From positions 85,002,001 through 85,066,000 of the forward strand of contig OZ024746.1 in NCBI GenBank assembly GCA_964016885.1: a stretch of 64,000 nucleotides of DNA. The letters run 5' to 3'. The notes below the pieces were generated by a model. It ran no database searches, was not told the origin of the DNA, and saw only the letters and a list, made by a program, of their open reading frames with translations. The first letter of the stretch is position 1. Each line of letters begins with the position of its first letter. This stretch comes from Eledone cirrhosa (Eukaryota). Position numbers and translations under genes: made by a program. Shown here in pieces: positions 44,464 through 59,269 of this stretch.

Positions 44464-44999
44464 CGATAAAATAATGTGGCTATCAAGTACTGAGGTAGAT
44501 ATAACGCTCCTCCAAATTACCTTGTGTCTATGTAGGCAATCTCTAATATCATTCTACGTGTGTTTGAATGTTACACTTTCAAAGGGAAACAACATCGTCT
44601 TAACTTCGATTGTAATTTGTATATGTTGTAGTCAGACAGGCAAGAGAGATGGAGATGTAAGTGTGAGGCGGTTGAACGGTCAAAGAGAGAAGAATATAAA
44701 ACAATGTGAAAAGAAATTATATATATATAAATATATACATTGAGAAATAAACCAAACACTGCTAACTATATCATATTTTAATTTACGTGCGTTTCATACT
44801 TAATATTAAAAGCTTAATATTAAGTTTCCTCAGAATTACATAAGATATAGTTGCCTTAAATATGACATTATGTACAAAAAAATATAACATACCGATGTGG
44901 TTTTGTTTACATTTTTAAAAGAAATCGTATTTGCTTTCGTATTTGAAATCATATTACTTTATACTATATAAATACACACATATGTATATATATATATAT

Positions 45000-45681
<682 letters not shown>

Positions 45682-46331
45682 TGGAGGTGTATAGTGTTCA
45701 GTGATGTCATGATTAAGCCATCCTTAACGTAATGAAACAATCTTGATAAGATTTTCAAATGTATGCATCAAAGGAATTCATAAAACATGGAATTTTCACG
45801 TTTGGTCAATATTAATTACCAGGAGAGATTGATGAATAGGTTGAACAAAGGACAGAATACATTAGGGCGTGTGGTTACTTACTACTCGACATTACCTTTC
45901 ATCTTTCTTGGGTGTCAATAAGTACCTGCCGAGTACTGAGGTCGATATAACAACAGTTTCAATCTCCTCCTACGGAGTAACTAAATACAACATGGTGTTT
46001 ATCTGACGCTCTACTGATTCTGCTAATCTACCGTCCTGGTCACCCCCTCTTAATATTGACGATATTAATAAAGCTAGTAATAGAACTACCATTAACATTA
46101 ACAATGAAATCTATAAACAGAATCAACAGCAACAGTAACAATAATGTAATAATGTCTAATTTAGACACATGGTTAGTCATTAACAGATGATCGATTGCAT
46201 CACTCCCAATACGTGATTGGTACTTTAGTTTATCGACCCCTGAATGACAACAGATCGGGGGATATTACTGAGACTGGTTACAAAACAATGAGGGGAGGGG
46301 GTCACAGAAATGAAATGAAATGCAAAGTGCC

Positions 46332-46847
46332 TGGTTACACAGTATACGAGCTGGAATGGCTCTTCCAGTGCGTCTCCCTCACCATTCTCCGGAGAAATGT
46401 TTTTTCCATTCTGCCCACCGTGACCGCGGGGCTGCTAGCGCGTGGCTCCCATTTGCTCATAATAGTGAGAGATGGGGAGAGCGGGAGGGACGGAGGCAGT
46501 GATAGTGAGAGTTTGGTTCTTTTGTGTCCCGACCTTGTGTATGTGTATACGTTTGGCGGGGATAGACTCATGTATAAATTTATGGTAAGGTCTCAAAGGG
46601 ACGACGACCACCTAAGGCCAGAATTAACACAAATACAAAAGGTAAGTGCCCACTCCTAATTGTAGTTCTTAGCCTACAGTTGCACGACTCGAGCATGCTC
46701 ACCAGCCCCACTCAACATTCAACAAATTTAGTAGAGGGCAGAACTGTTTCTCCTTAAAGTCGAGGGTTTGGTCAAAAAGTAAGGTATCTGTCCTAAGTCC
46801 TTTCAGACATGTCCACTACTATACAATCTTTCGGCATTATCGTAACA
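46332..46847 (-). mobile_element. Possible solo-LTR-like element
   Basis: GC-richer island with TG...CA ends (tggttacac...cgtaaca). No TSD was verified. Confidence 0.25.
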
Positions 46848-47255
46848 GTTGATGTCACTGTTGCTTTTCTAGTAGGTTTGAAGAGATAGTTGTTTGTCCC
46901 AATATCTATTTAAATACAACCTCATGCACCCCGCTGTTAATAAGATATTTAGGTTAATCAATGTAACCGTTAAATTGGCCAAGCGGAACTTTGAATTTGA
47001 TGAAGCATTGCGAGAGTAGAACGGGCGACAGAGGATGATAGGTCTAAAGAGTAAGAGATAGGTCTAAGTAGATAGAGAGAAAAAGAAAGAGGGTGAGACA
47101 GAGAGAGAGGGATGAGAGAGATGAGAGAGGAATACGGAGATACGGAGATAAAGAAGGGAAGAGAGGGAGAGGGAAGGGGTAAAGAGTCGTGGAGATATAT
47201 AGATACAGAGAGGGAGAAAGAGAGAGTATATAGAGAGTGATACAGCGATACAGAA

Positions 47256-47835
47256 ATAATTGTTTCTACTTTTGGCACAAGGCCAGCAATTACCCAGTAC
47301 ATTACTGGTACTTTATTTATCGACCACGTAAGGATGAAAGGCAAAGTTAACTTCGGCGGGATTTGAACTCAGAATGGCAAGGGCCGTAACTCTATACGTC
47401 AAAGCATGGCGTCCGACCCTCTACCGATACTGACAATTCACCGCCCTTCGTCCGACTCTCCACCGATACTGCCAATCCACAGAAATAATGATTTCTAGTA
47501 TAGGCACAAGGCCAGTAATTTGGAAGGAGGGGAAATCGACCCAGTACGTCACTGGTACTTTATTTTATCGACCCCGTAAGGTTGAAAAGCAAAGTTAACC
47601 TCGGCGGGGTTTTAACTCAGAACGTAAGAAGAATAAGAAGAGGAAAAATAATTGTTTCTACTATTGACACAAGGCCAGCAATTACCCAGTGCATTACTGG
47701 TACTTTATTTTATCGACCCCGTAAGGATGACAGACAAAGTTAACCTCGACAGGATTTGAACTCAGAGCATAAAGGGCCGTAACTCTATGCTCCAAAGCAT
47801 GGCGTCCGACCCTCTACCGATACTGCCAATCCACC
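47256..47835 (-). mobile_element. Tandem cluster of three SINE family 1 copies
   Basis: Copies at ~47256-47479 (duplicated head, acagaaataat flanks), ~47484-47626 and ~47648-47835, all on the minus strand. Confidence 0.9.
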
Positions 47836-47895
47836 AATGGGTATAAATCAAAGTTGTAGTTGCAGTATAGCAGCTACCAATATATATATATATAT

Positions 47896-47980
<85 letters not shown>

Positions 47981-48020
47981 GAGAGGGAGAGACAAACATA
48001 GCAATATTTTCAGTGATACA

Positions 48021-48115
<95 letters not shown>

Positions 48116-48365
48116 AGGGCGTTGGGGGAAGCTGCGAGGGAAAGTAATCTCTAGGGTAAAGTGGCTCAAGAGGAAGTAAGCGCTGAAAGAGTAACAGTAT
48201 AATTAATTGTAAACGCAGCTTATCGTTGAGTTATCATTGTTAACATTAGCGTGTATATTGATTTTGCTAATACTGGTGAATGTATGCATACAGACATATG
48301 AGTGTGCGTGTGTGTGTGTAAATGTGGTGTCTTCGTATGTGTGTGTGTATATATATGTATATATA

Positions 48366-48437
<72 letters not shown>

Positions 48438-48580
48438 CACACATATATATATATATACATATATATACAAGGTGTCCCCCCCCCCCCCAAAAAAAAAAAT
48501 GTATACACTCTTTGATTAGAATGCTGTTGAAGTTTGTATACATTTTTAGGGTCACTATATACACATATACACATATATAT

Positions 48581-48848
48581 GGGGTTTGAACCTAGAAAGT
48601 TCGCCTCCTAGACACAAGTCAGGGCCAGGTTGTTTGTTGAAGACCAGCAGTCGCCCATGTATACCAGTCTCCCCTCTCCACGCCACCGATGTTGCCCAAG
48701 GGATAGGCAATGGCTGATACAGCTTGGCACCAGTGACATCGCAACTCATTTCTAGAGCTGAGTGAACTGGAGCAACGTGAAATAAAGTGTCTTGCTCAAG
48801 AACACAACGCGACCTCTACGAGTGTAAACTTGAGGCTCTATCCACTAA
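48581..48848 (-). mobile_element. CORE-type SINE (family 2 head, alternative tail)
   Basis: Reverse complement of gtgttcttgagcaagacactttatttcacgttgctccagttcactcagc plus a long tail. Confidence 0.85.
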
Positions 48849-48916
48849 GTCATATATATATATATATATATGTGAGAGAGAGAGAGAGGGAGAGAGAGGG
48901 AGAGAGAGAGAGAGAG

Positions 48917-49235
48917 GGTGCATGTGGTTAGAGGTTGTGAGTTCGATTTTCGGCTCGGGCTTTGCGTTTTGTTCTTGAGCAAGACACTTTATTTCACGTT
49001 TCTCCAGTTTACTCAGCTGTAGAAATGAGTTGTGAGACGTCACTGGTGTCAAGCTGTTTCCCTCTTTGCCTTTCTCTTGGACAACAGAGGTGACGTGGAG
49101 AGGGGAGACTGTACACATGGGTGATTGCTGGTCTTCCACAAACACCCTCGCCGAGACTTGTGCCTGAGGCGAGGGGGGGGGGGGGGGATTCATAGGTTCA
49201 AATCCTATGGTCATTCATGACCGAAGGTTTTTTTT
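48917..49235 (+). mobile_element. CORE-type SINE, head-to-head with the 48581-48848 copy
   Basis: B-box gagttcgatt and CORE-like gttcttgagcaagacactttatttcacg. The tail is homologous to the neighbouring copy. Confidence 0.85.
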
Positions 49236-49410
49236 TTTACCTTATACATAAAATAACCTCTAATACTTAGACATCTCAATGAATGGATAAAATATACCGA
49301 TAAGATATCACTTAGAGAAGCAATTTTACATATTAAACTTATGCCAACAATAAACCTCTATTTAAGAGTGTATAAGTCAGGCAGATTGTTGTTGTTGTTG
49401 TTGTAAGGGG

Positions 49411-49630
49411 GGGGGGCGATTGACAGAATATGTAGAGCGTCAGACAACAGGTTTCGTGACATATAATTACGGCTCTTTACGATTCGAGTTCAAATCTCGC
49501 CGAGGTTAGCTTTACCTTTCATCTTTACGAGGTCGATAAAATAAAGTACCTGTAACGCACTGGGGTCGATATAATCGACTTTCCCTTCCCTTAAAATTGT
49601 TGGATTTGTGCCTAAAAGTAGAAGCAATTA
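49411..49630 (+). mobile_element. tRNA-derived SINE family 1 (older variant)
   Basis: gagttcaaatctcgccgagg...gtcgataaaataaagtacc...gtgcctaaaagtagaagcaatta. Confidence 0.85.
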
Positions 49631-49647
49631 TCATCTACCCAGTCTAT

Positions 49648-51322
49648 CTACCCAGTGCCATAATGCTTCACCCTAGTTCCCCAGTTCCATAGTGTGCCAC
49701 CCTAGCTTCCCAGTGCCATAGTGTGCCACCCTAGCTTCCCAGTAACATAGTGTGCCACCCTAGCTTCCCAGTAACATAGTTGTGTCACCCTAGCTTCCCA
49801 GTGCCATAGTGTGCCACCTTAGCTTCCCAGTAACATAGTGTGCCACCCTAGTTCCATAGTGTGTCACCCTAGCTTCCCAGTAACATAGTGTGCCACTCTA
49901 GTTCCATAGTGTGTCACCCTAGCTTCCCAGTTCCATAGTGTGCCACCCTAGCTTCCCAGTAACATAGTGTGTCACCCTAGTTCCATAGTGTGTCACCCTA
50001 GCTTCCCAGTTCCATAGTGTGCCACCCTAGCTTCCCAGTAACATAGTGTGTCACCCTAGTTCCATAGTGTGTCACCCTAGCTTCCCAGTTCCATAGTGTG
50101 TCACCCTAGCTTCCCAGTAACATAGTGTGTCACCCTAGTTCCATAGTGTGTCACCCTAGCTTCCCAGTTCCATAGTGTGCCACCCTAGCTTCCCAGTAAC
50201 ATAGTGTGTCACCCTAGTTCCATAGTGTGTCACCCTAGCTTCCTAGTAACATAGTGTGTCACCCTAGCTTCCCAGTAACATAGTGTGTCACCCTAGTTCC
50301 ATAGTGTGTCACCCCTAGCTTCCTAGTAACATAGTGTGTCACCCTAGCTTCCTAGTAACATAGTGTGTCACTCTAGCTTCCCAGTAACATAGTGTGTCAC
50401 CCTAGCTTCCTAGTAACATAGTGTGTCACCCTAGCTTCCCAGTTCCATACTGCGGCACCCTAGCTTCCCAGTAACATAGTGTGCCACTCTAGTTCCATAG
50501 TGTGTCACCCTAGCTTCCCAGTTCCATAGTGTGCCACCCTAGCTTCCTAGTAACATAGTGTGCCACCCTAGCTCCGCAGTGCCATACTGCGGCACGCTAG
50601 CTTCAAAGTGGCATATTTCACCACACTACCTCCTCATTGCCATACTTCGCCACCCTAGTTCCATATTGCCATACTGTTTCACCCTAGCTCCCCAGTTCCA
50701 TAGTGTTCCGCCAGAGCTCCGCAGTGCCATACTGCGACACCCTAGCCCCGAAGTGCTGTATTTGCCACCCTATCTCCCCATTTCCATAATGCGACATCCT
50801 AGTTCCATATTGCCATACTGTGTCACTCAAGCTTCCCAGTGCCATACTGCGTCACCCTAGCTCCGCAGTGCCATACTGTGGAACCCTAGCTTCAAAGTAC
50901 CATATTTTACCACACTATCTCCCCATTGTTAGACTACGACATCCTAGTTCCATATTGCCATACTGTGTCACTGAAGCTCCCCAGTTCCATAGTGTGCCAC
51001 CCTAGCTCCACAGTACCATAGTGCGGTACTCTAGCTCCGAAGTACCGTATTTTACCACCCTACCTCCGCATTGCCATATGTTACCATCCTATCTTCCCAG
51101 TGCCATACTGTCCCACCCTAGCTCCCCTGTACTATAGTGTGCCACCCTAGCTCCACAGTGCCATACTGTGGCACTCTAACTTCAAAGTGCCATACTACGT
51201 CACCCTATCTCCTCATTGCCATACTGCCCCACCCTAGCTCCATATTACTATTCTGTCACTCAAGCTCCCCAGACCCACAGTTTTCCACTCTAGCTCCGCA
51301 GTGCCATACTGCGGCACTCTAG
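49648..51322. repeat. Minisatellite of 29-bp and 21-bp units with higher-order structure
   Basis: catagtgtgccaccctagcttcccagtaa (29) and catagtgtgtcaccctagttc (21). The diverged right part has ~290-bp periodicity (cttcaaagt at 50601, 50890, 51180). Confidence 0.95.
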
Positions 51323-51451
51323 GAAAATCAAGGTGAGAAAACTGAAGATAGGTATAAAGGAAAAAAAAAAACAATTAAAAAAAAGATATCGACTCGTATT
51401 CGTCATTGATTAGATTGATTTTTGCTGGGGGCGTAGTTAGGCTGTTCCGAT

Positions 51452-51808
51452 AAGGCGGCGAATAGACATAGATGTTAAGATGTCGGCTGGAATGCTTTAC
51501 GTATTCGCCCCACCTCATTGAACACTCTGATTTCAAATCCCGCTGAGGTCAACTTTGCCTTTCATCCTTTCGAGGTCGATAAAAAAGTACCAGTCCAGTA
51601 CTGGGGTCGATTTTTCCGCTAGAGAAAAGATCGACTGTGTTCAGACCTGGAGAGGGTTGTGCTCCACCAGGATTAAATGTGTCCTAGACACGCCATATCA
51701 CGGTACCTCTACGACTCCATAAGGAGTTATAGGATTTTTATCCTTTTTCTTTTTATAAGGCAACTGTATATAAAATCATTCTATATCCCAGACTGATAAA
51801 CGTATCTA
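51452..51808 (+). mobile_element. SINE family 1 variant with long tail (paralog of 30778-31062)
   Basis: Shares ~280 bp with 30778-31062. Confidence 0.85.
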
Positions 51809-52040
51809 ATGAAACGATGAAGATTGAAGTTTAACGAAGAGAGAACACAAAGGTTGTGTATAGTCTCTTGAAATATAAAATAAAAAAGAATGTTTAATTT
51901 GAAGTCTACAGCAATATAAATGGGGCCTTAAATGTTAAAATAATAGTGATAATTAAGATGCTAGGATAATAAAACACGCTATTTTCTACACTTTGCACGG
52001 TACTTCAAGCAAATTACAACTTCCTACAAAATACAAACAA

Positions 52041-52206
52041 ATAATTGTTTCTACTTTTGGCACAAGGCCAGCAATTATTTCAGTGATTTACTGGTACTTT
52101 ATTTTATCGACTCCGTAAGGATGAAAGGCAAAGTGAACCTCGGCGGGATTTGATCTTAGACAATAAAGGGCCGTAACTCTTTGCTGCAAAGCATGGCGTC
52201 AGACCT
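52041..52206 (-). mobile_element. tRNA-derived SINE family 1
   Basis: Reverse-complement match to the consensus. Confidence 0.88.
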
Positions 52207-52278
52207 TAAATAATGTATATAGCGATAAGTAAATAAAGCAACAAAAGAGACAATAAAACTTTATAAAATAACCTAACA

Positions 52279-52462
52279 CAGACCTGCCAACCTCTAAAAA
52301 TTCAAACGGGGCGTACCACAAAAAGAGAAGTGCCACAAAACGAAGAGAAATGAGATTTTACATGATGAAAACTATACCCATTTTCACAAGAGAAGACATC
52401 TCTCATCCAACCCAAAGTAGGTGGTAGATATCCACGTCCGACGGGGAGAGTTGACAGGTCTG
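52279..52462. mobile_element. MITE with 13-bp TIR and 6-bp TSD
   Basis: ctaaca|cagacctgccaac ... gttgacaggtctg|ctaaca. Confidence 0.8.
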
Positions 52463-53344
52463 CTAACATAAGGAAGGAAACGGATTTAAAATATATATAC
52501 TACATACATACGATAAAAGAAAAATATAAAAGAAAATAAAAATATCGAATCAGATAAATATAAAATATTGAATTGTCTTCCGCATTTTTTCAGGTTAAAT
52601 TCATAATTACTTGTTTATGTTCAAATATATAAGAAGCTATATGTATGGAAAATATACCGTATAACTTAAACTAAAATCTAATAAAATAAAATGAAATACA
52701 TAAAAAGTCTAAAAATAAAATAAAACAATAGCAAAATGGAAAAAAAAAAACATTTGCATTTGTCAGTTGGGTTTGAAATTGGAAAATTTAAAATTTAAGT
52801 TTGTGCATTTTTTTTTTTTTTTTGTGGGGTGATTAAGGAGTATATAGACGACATCCTTTAAAGATATTACAACCTTTTAAAGATATTATAACATATAGTT
52901 ACTACAGTCGGTAATACTATAGGGACAGTGAATGCATTTCTGAACGGGGGGGGGGGGGTAGACAATTTAGTTGTAGTGATTAGTTTAGCTCTTTGCTCTC
53001 TAAAATGGTCAAAAACCTTCGATATGCGATAAACATAACATGTACATAAATTGTAGCGTATATCGAAATAGATGTGTGTTTTGGTAGTTTGAGGAGAAAA
53101 TGTATATTTACTACACGGAACTCTCTCTACATGAATAAATATCAATCTCTCCCACTCTCTATATCTAATATACAACACACTCTCCCAACCTTCCTCTCTA
53201 TATAAATTACCACCAAATTCTCCCCCTCTATATATCTATATATCTCTCTCTCATCTGCCTCTAAATAACATGTACATAAATTGTAGCGCATGTACAAATA
53301 GATGTGTGTTTTGGTAGTTGGGGAGAAAAATATAATTATTGGAG

Positions 53345-53657
53345 GTCCTATTATTGCTGGCACAAGTGTATCAACTGGGCTTTTTGCCCTGCACAATCAA
53401 ATAAGTATTCTTTCACTAGATGGCCACAAAGGGACACAGTTCCGGAATGTTCTAAGCTATTGAGGTGTCATAAGGATTTTCAAGTCCTTATTGATCTGTT
53501 ATGACTGTGTCTGACTTGTGTCCATTGTCCACATTTTTGCTATTTTACTATCCAGGTCATTATATTTAAATGTTCCCCTGCCGCCATTGCTAAGTCGTTA
53601 TTGTCGTTTGTGCAAGCCACATCAGTTAGTGTACAAAAACTGGCACTTTTGTCTTTT
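53345..53657 (-). mobile_element. Decayed RLE-type LINE endonuclease fragment
   Basis: Minus strand gives DKSASFCTLTDVACTNDNN..FKYNDLDSKIAKMWTM, matching the IDVAxPxDxN..EK..KYxDL..EIxRMW pattern. Confidence 0.6.
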
Positions 53658-53659
53658 AT

Positions 53660-53843
53660 AATTGTTTCTACTTTTGGCACAATTACCCCCCAGTGCATTA
53701 CTGGTGTTCTATTTTTTCAAACCTGTTAGGATGAAAGGCAAAGTTAACCTCGGCGGGATTTGAACTCAGAACGTAAAGGTATCATAAACTCTGTGCTGCA
53801 AAGCATGGTGTCCGACGCTCTACCGATTCTGCCAATCAACCGC
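53660..53843 (-). mobile_element. tRNA-derived SINE family 1
   Basis: Reverse-complement match to the consensus. Confidence 0.85.
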
Positions 53844-53919
53844 ATTTTTGTCTTCTCTAATGATGTCTGGTCAGACAGACTTGTGGTTATAGAGAAATTA
53901 TTATCATCCCTGCACTACA

Positions 53920-53976
53920 ACCATCATCACCACCACCACCACCACCACAACCTTACCCCCCCCCCCACTACAGGAG

Positions 53977-54014
<38 letters not shown>

Positions 54015-54221
54015 GTCGTCGTCGTCGTCGTCGTCATCATCATCATCATCAACACCCACATCAGTAACACCACTATCACAACGACCACTATCATCATTAT
54101 TATCAACAGCCTCTCTTTCCTGCAACTTCTAACACTACTACTACTACTACTACTACTACTGTTGCTGCTTCTGCTACTACTACTACTACTACTACTACTA
54201 CTGTTGGTACTTCTGCTGCTG

Positions 54222-54270
<49 letters not shown>

Positions 54271-54420
54271 GACTACTACGACTACTAATTGTCATCATCA
54301 TCACACAACCACCACTATGACTACCTATTGATGTTGTCGTCGTTGTCATGATCAACAACAACAGCAACAACAACAACAGCAACAGCAACAACAGCAACAA
54401 CAACAGCAACAGCAGCAAGT
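53920..54420. repeat. Mixed trinucleotide tracts (CAC, CAT, CGT, CTA, CAA/CAG)
   Basis: Directly visible. Confidence 0.95.
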
Positions 54421-54767
54421 ATTGTTTGTTCTGTTACCAACACGCCCCTCGCCATCTTAAAAGCCCCTTTGTCATAGAAGCATCTATTAATGCGGTAGTA
54501 TGAAGTTTCGCTTCATTGCACACTGTAAATATTCATATCTATGTTTGTTTACATATCCTGTTATTTCATGTTTTGTTGCTGTTGTGTTTTTGTTTTGTTT
54601 TACTTGTTTCAATCATTAGACAGCGGCCATGTTGGAACACTGCTTTGAAGGGATTTAGTCAATAATATCGACCCCAATACTAATGTTTTGGGGTTTTTTT
54701 TTTCGAATCTGTTACTTATTTTATCGTTCCCTTTTATCGAACTGCTATGTTACGGGATATGCACGCT

Positions 54768-54798
<31 letters not shown>

Positions 54799-55033
54799 AC
54801 GCACACGCACACACACACACACATACACACACACATACACACACACACACACACACAGAGAAGCACGTAATCACTGCCACGTTTCTATTTAGAAAATAAA
54901 TTTCTACACTCTACTCACCGGTATTGAGTGCTTATGTGGGTGTTGGTATGTGTGTCGGGGGGGGGGAGTAGTGTTCCCTTTTTTCTTGGGAATTTTCTCG
55001 TCAAAGAAATGGAAACAGTTTCAAAAGAACTAA

Positions 55034-55127
<94 letters not shown>

Positions 55128-55229
55128 AAAAGCAAACGACAGCAACAATTGAACTTAGAATAGGTGGACATTTGTCGGTTTCGACAATGAACGTTCTGGA
55201 AGTTTGATCCACAGATCAGCTTGATCAAG

Positions 55230-55495
55230 AAATGAATGTGCAAGTAGCTGAGTATTCCATTGTCACGTGTATTCTTAAGGTAACTGTCAGTGTGACTGGT
55301 TGTTTCAGTAACAGATACAGTCTATAAGTTTGGCTAGCGAACATTCTTCGTATACCAAATGTCACTCTCCCAAGGTTTGGGTCGTCCTGAAGCTGTGGTA
55401 AATCACACCTGTCAAAAATAATACGCAGTGGCATCGAACACGAGACCTCATGATTGCGAAGCAAGCCTCTTTACCATTCTTCCATGCTGCGTCTA
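55230..55495 (-). mobile_element. Diverged SINE-like repeat (family 3)
   Basis: gaaatgaatgtgcaagtagctgagtattccat is shared with ~4305-4340. A tRNA-like head lies on the minus strand (gtgttcgatgccactgcg). Confidence 0.6.
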
Positions 55496-55627
55496 CATTA
55501 CCGAACTTACACAACAGCATACTACCAACACATTAACCTAGTATTCTTTGTGTAGTGAAAGGGTTCTATAAAGTCGGCATTTGTTAAAGCATGCATTTCG
55601 TACGACCATCGCTAATTCTACCACCCG

Positions 55628-55685
<58 letters not shown>

Positions 55686-55916
55686 CTTTATATATATATA
55701 TATATATATTGGCTTAGGTGGTTGATAGCTTCTTAACCGCCGTCTCAGTTTTTATGGCCTTTGTAACATATGTTATGGTTTCTTTTGCTCTGGTCTCTTT
55801 TGGTCCATGGAGTGCTTGCCACACAAATCGGAAATTGAGTTTTGCTTATTTCTACCCGCCGAAATACGATTCTCGCTGAATTTATATTTGTATATATATA
55901 TATATATATATATATA

Positions 55917-56119
55917 GGTACGTTATTCCGGGTTGAATCGGAGGTAACCACAGTAAGTAAGGTACTCAATACATAGCAGAGTATAAAAGTTTTAGTATAG
56001 ATGAGATTCTACGGGACTAGAACTGTTTCATTCTTTAGAAATCATCAGGAATCCTGAGATTCCTGATGATTTCTAAAGAATGAAACAGTTCTAGTCCTGT
56101 AGAATCTCATCTATATTAA

Positions 56120-56122
<3 letters not shown>
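55917..56122 (-). mobile_element. Fold-back + tail element, family B copy 3, with HHR
   Basis: Tail 55917-55990 plus hairpin to 56122. The + arm reads gagattc-CTGATGA-tttctaaagaat-GAAA-cag.ttctagtc.ctg-TA|gaatctc (56056-56108). Confidence 0.88.
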
Positions 56123-56165
<43 letters not shown>

Positions 56166-56594
56166 CAATCTATCTATCTCTATATCTCTCTATCTATCTA
56201 TCTATTTATCTACCTACCTATCTATCTGTATTTATTTCTCCTTCATACCACTCTGTAGGTTTCTTTTCTACTCCCCCCCTTCTCTGTCGGTGTATCTGTC
56301 TCTCTTCTTTTATTTTCCAAACCTCTCCCGTCCACTATTTTATTTTGATTTGTTGTTGTTGTTGTTTGTGTTTTGTATTTCATTGTTTTTCGCACTTTCT
56401 GTGAGCTTTTTTAAGCGCCTCTGCCTGCCTCCACTTCCGGATAGAAGATCTCACAATCTCTAATTCTTCCAATCCCAATCCTCTATTCTCCCATTCTTTT
56501 ATTCCACCATCATCCCATTCTCTCAACCTTTCATTCTTCTATTTCATTCATCAAACACCAATTTATTCTTTTTAGCTTTAAATCTATTTATTGT

Positions 56595-56649
<55 letters not shown>

Positions 56650-56940
56650 ATTTCTCTCTCTATTTTGCTCTACAAATTGAACACCATGCGTACTCTCTCA
56701 CCCTCCTTCTCAATCTCTCTCGCTTTTTCTCTACCTATCTATCATTCTTATTTTCTCTCTCAAATCACTCTCAAATAGACACGCACTCCTTCCACATCAC
56801 GCACTATCTCCCTCTTTCTCACGCACTCTTCATTAGTTTTCCTTCTTTCTTCCCCAGTATAATTCCCGCACACACACATGCATATATATATATATATATG
56901 TGTATGTGTGTGTGTGTGTGTGTGGATGTGTATATGTATA

Positions 56941-56989
<49 letters not shown>

Positions 56990-57072
56990 ACATATACATA
57001 TATATATATATGTTTTCTTTCTCATTCTCTCTCTCACACACTCTCTCTCACACACTCTCTCTCACACACACA

Positions 57073-57103
<31 letters not shown>

Positions 57104-57434
57104 TCCTCCTCTCTATCCCTATCTCTCCCAGTCTCTTTTCTAATTTTAACCTCGAGTTACTTCCCCACTTCTTCACACTCTTCTGCGTGCCTTTTCCCTA
57201 TCGTTTCTTTCCTCTTTTCTTCCTTTCTGTCTTTCCACTTCCCCACCCATTCCCTGCCTAGGTGGAATTGGCAGTTCAATCATAATTAACCACTAATAGA
57301 AGCCTGTGACAACCACACAAATAGAACAGAGAACTAAAACATATGAAAAAAATAATAATAATCTAACACGAAAGACTAAAAAATGTATCACACACACTCA
57401 TGTACAAATAATAATGATAATGATAACAACATCA

Positions 57435-57435
<1 letters not shown>

Positions 57436-57526
<91 letters not shown>

Positions 57527-57540
57527 CTCTACTACTACTT

Positions 57541-57589
<49 letters not shown>

Positions 57590-57590
57590 A
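57436..57590. repeat. (CTA)n microsatellite
   Basis: Directly visible. Confidence 0.97.
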
Positions 57591-57710
57591 AGCTGCCATG
57601 AGTTCCCCCCTTTCTTGCACACATCCCTCTATCGTCTATTTTCGCACACACAATAGTAATAATATTAACAAACTAACAAACTATAAAGCAATAAACACTA
57701 ATAGGGGCAT

Positions 57711-57785
<75 letters not shown>

Positions 57786-58310
57786 GGAAGAAAAAGTAAA
57801 AGGAGAGAGGGCGCAAAAAGAGAGAGGTAAGGAATAGGAGAAAAATGCAAAGACCGAGACATATTTAGAGGAAGAGAGAAAGTGGGGGAAGATAGAGAGA
57901 AAACCATTAGGTTGGTGAGATATAGTGAGTCCGTTATAATGTAAGAAAAGGAGCGTGCGAGAATAAACTTAAAATGGTCGCCACAAAGCGAGAATTGGTG
58001 AGTTCGGGGTGAGAGTACGTGAACTGATGTGGGAGAAGTGGTGACTGGGGAACAGCAGAAAGAAAGAAGCAAGGTATCAAGTGAAAATAAAAATGATGAC
58101 AACAGAGAGAGGGGGGTAGGGGGGCAGGAGGGGGGGGTAAAAGAGGGAGAGAGAGGGGGACATTAATTGGACAGAAAGATAAATAATGAAAAACAGGAGT
58201 GGGGAATGTCAAAGAGAACGACATAGTGAGAGATTTAGCAAGGGAAGAGAGAGAAGATAGAAAGACACACATAGAGACAAAAGAAAAACGCACGCAAACA
58301 CACGCATACA

Positions 58311-58374
<64 letters not shown>

Positions 58375-58519
58375 TTAGTCACAAAGAAAAAAAAGAACAC
58401 CCAGACAATCATACAAATTAAATAGTAAATACATTTCTTTAGTCATTGTTATCATTTCTACCGTTTGTTTATAATGAAGAACTAGATGATGATGATGATG
58501 ATGACACACACAGATATAC

Positions 58520-58559
<40 letters not shown>

Positions 58560-59269
58560 CCTCTTGTATCATAAAATAATTGTGATACAAGATTATGTTT
58601 TTACTGATATTACATATTTCGTATGTTTTATGAAGTCTCTGACGACACAAGATTGAGTGGAATTCATGTTTTATAGCAAATTACTGGAGTCAATGCTCAG
58701 GTCATAATATATAGACGCATCTATATATTAATAAAGATGCTTCAGTGATGTTTTTCACTTTTTGTATATTTTCCTCTCATTTTTTATGAAACATCTATTA
58801 TAATCTGTGCTCTTTACCTCTGCAATCATACGACTCTTGGATTTGTTTACTCGAAATGTTATTCCTAGTATTATAATTACGGAATATACCTGTGATACAT
58901 CTTTTTGTTTTGTTTTCTGGTCCTGGAACTACATAGAGCTTGACATTTGTTGGCTCAACAAATGTTGATATACGCTACCATCTCTCTCACAAGGTAAGTG
59001 GTATGCTACATGGGTTTCAATACAACAAATATGTCTTTGACTCATGGCTTGTCGTCATCTTTCGCCACAATTCAGACTCTGAATGAAAGCCGAGGCAGCT
59101 AGCGACAACATCTGATCGAGTAGAGTCTCTATCATCTTTCAGGTTATAATGAAATCGCATCATTCTTAGAGTGATCAACACCAGGGGCCAACAACGACCA
59201 GGAAACTGAATGGTTTCCCCCTCTAGTACTTGATTGGGCAGCGATTAGGAGAAGCTTAGCTCCCAGAAA

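Noticed and set aside
46195-46659. 154-aa non-repetitive ORF
   Set aside because: It starts in a SINE fragment on the opposite strand and runs into an LTR-like island. No recognisable domain.
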